NCBI RefSeq assembly: GCF_036588685.1 | Contig: NC_086379.1 | Span: 3,968,001 to 4,032,000 of the forward strand | Origin: Mytilus trossulus | Lineage: Eukaryota | DNA: 64,000 nucleotides | Direction of reading: 5' to 3' | Shown here: piece after piece, positions 62,109-64,000 of the stretch | How the letters are laid out: each line of letters begins with the position of its first letter | Position numbering within the stretch: position 1 is the stretch's first letter | Program-made: the position numbers and the translations under genes | Notes under the pieces: generated by a model | The model's input: the letters and a program-made list of their open reading frames with translations, nothing else | The model's database searches: none | What the model was told of the DNA's origin: nothing

Positions 62109-62152
62109 ACGCAAGACGGGCGTTTCGTCTACAAAAGACTCATCAGCGACAC
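62109..62152 (-). ncRNA. Hammerhead motif of the same family; core intact but helices degraded
   Basis: Minus strand reads gtgtcg-CTGATGA-gtct(tttgt)agac-GAAA-c(gccc)g-TC-ttgcgt. Stem I has a mismatch and loop III is no longer palindromic. Confidence 0.6.
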
Positions 62153-62683
62153 CCCAATAAAAAAGTCAAAAGGCCGTATAAAGAACGAAGTTGTAAAGAA
62201 TAAAGGCCAAAATACGAAAAAAATTGCCAAATACTGCTAAGGTAATCCATTCCTAGGGTAGAACATGCCTAGTATTTCTAATAGTTCAAAGGTTTGTGAA
62301 CAGTTAATGGTTTTAATATGACAATATAATTGATAATTCATCAGCCCTCGGGGAAACAAATTCCTACAACAGTGTAAAAATACTCATCAACGATACCAGC
62401 TGTCTTCCGTTAGTGATGCTTGTTAAAATAACAACAAGCTTAAGAGTAGTCGCAGGCTCCATATATTTGACGACTCAATGAGCCTTTTGATCTGAGACAA
62501 CAATATTGCTGCCACCACATAAACATGATAATCTAGCTGGTCACCTTATTCAAACGAGTTCTTCGAGGAATACTTTAATTTATTTTTATTACAAGTTGAG
62601 CCAATTGTGTCCTTTAATGTAACATAACACACAATATCTTCCTTTCTCTAGGCACTACAATGTGTTCCTCATCCTAGTCGACT

Positions 62684-63890
62684 TACCTAGCAGAATGTAC
62701 CTGTTTTATTGCCGATTATCAACTGGTGTGTTTCTCTCGTCCCGGGTATACCTAGCAGAATGTTCTTGTTTTATTGCCGATTATCAACTGATGTGTTTCT
62801 CTCGTCCCGAGTATACCTAGCAGAATGTACCTGTGTTATTGCCTATTATCAACTGGTGTGTTTCTCTCGTCCTGAGTATACCTAGCAGAATGTACCTGTT
62901 GAATTGCATATAATTAACTGATGTGTTCTTTCATCCCGAGTATACTTAGCAGAATGTACCGGTTGAATTGCATATTATCAACTGGTATGTTTATCTCGTC
63001 CTGAGTATACCTATCAGAATGTACCAGTTGTATTGCCGATTATTAACGGGTGTGTTTCTTCCGTCCTGAGTATACCTATCAAAATGTACCTGTTTTATTG
63101 CTGATTTTTAACTGGTGTATTTCTCTCGTTCCGAGTATACTTAGCAGAATGTACCTGTTAAATTGCATATTATTAACTGGGATGTTTTTCTCGTCCCGAG
63201 TATACTTAACAGAATGTACCTGTTGTGTTACCTATTATTAACGGGTGTGTTTCTCTCGTCCCGAGAATACCTAGCAGAATGTACCTGTTGAATTGCATAT
63301 TATTATCTGGGGTGTTTCTCTATTCCCGAGTATACCTAGCAGAGTGTACCTGTTGAATTGCATATAATTAATTGATGTGTTCTCTCGTCCCGAGTATACT
63401 TAGCAGAATGTACCTGTTAAATTGCATATTATTAACTGGGGTGTTTTTTCTCGTTCCGAGTATACTTAACAGAATGTACCTGTTGTATTGCCGATTATTA
63501 ACGGATGTGTTTCTCTTGTCCCGAGTATACCTAGCAGAATGTACCTGTTGAATTGCATATTATTAACTGGGGTGTTTCTCTCGGCCCTAGTATACCTAGC
63601 AGAATGTACCGGTTGTATTGCCGATTATCAACTGGCGTGTATCTCTCGTCCCTAGTATACCTAGCAGAATGTACCGGTTGTATTGCCGATTATCAACTGG
63701 TGTCTATCTCTCGTCCTGAGTATACTTAGAAGAATGTATCAGTTGTATTGCCGATTATTAACTGGCGTGTATCTCTCGTCCTGAGTATACCTAGCAAAAT
63801 GTACCGGTTGTATTGCCGATTATTAACTGGCGTGTATCTCTCGTCCTAAGTATACCTAGCAGAATGTACCGGTTGTATTGCCGATTATTA
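62684..63890. repeat. 65-bp minisatellite, ~18.5 copies
   Basis: Unit TACCTAGCAGAATGTACCTGTT...CTCGTCCCGAGTA; CCTAG at 62686, 62751, 62816, 62881 and onward. Confidence 0.97.
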
Positions 63891-64000
63891 TGTGGGCAAG
63901 GTTATTTATATACATATTATCTATTTGATATTATTTCCAACTTTGTACTTAGTTTATATCTATTTTATCCAATACTATAATGATCTTACTATATTGAACA

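Noticed and set aside
62684-63890. CRISPR-like or coding repeat
   Set aside because: Contiguous tandem units without unique spacers, eukaryotic context and frequent stops.

Overview
AT-rich, repeat-dense eukaryotic DNA with GT-AG introns and one 153-N assembly gap. The repeat and gene types suggest a bivalve mollusc, possibly Mytilus (inference only). Manual exon assembly gives three related type-I membrane receptor genes. Gene A (minus strand, 5452 to beyond the left edge) and gene B (minus, 43845..26180, 634 aa) share a signal peptide, two unusual Cys-rich Ig-like domains (D1, D2) and three further Ig-like domains. Gene B adds a TM helix and a Tyr-motif-rich tail (SPYEEI, YLVP, YLEL). Gene C (plus, 17198..~24793) has only D1-D2, an S/T stalk, a TM helix and probably a very short tail. 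A two-exon family-2 (adhesion/secretin-like) GPCR (57150..48770, ~963 aa) has a somatomedin-B-like domain and furin-site-bearing N-terminal repeats. Its intron is mostly a decayed 4.7-kb PAT-like DIRS tyrosine-recombinase retrotransposon with split direct repeats. An intron of gene B carries two intact minimal hammerhead ribozymes 354 nt apart (retrozyme-like), and decayed relatives are scattered across the window. Other elements: Penelope-like and CR1/L2-like RT fragments, Harbinger elements, Helentron-associated (HINE-like) elements, a tRNA-headed repeat inside TIRs, MITEs and two minisatellites. All exon models were built by eye, without transcript evidence.
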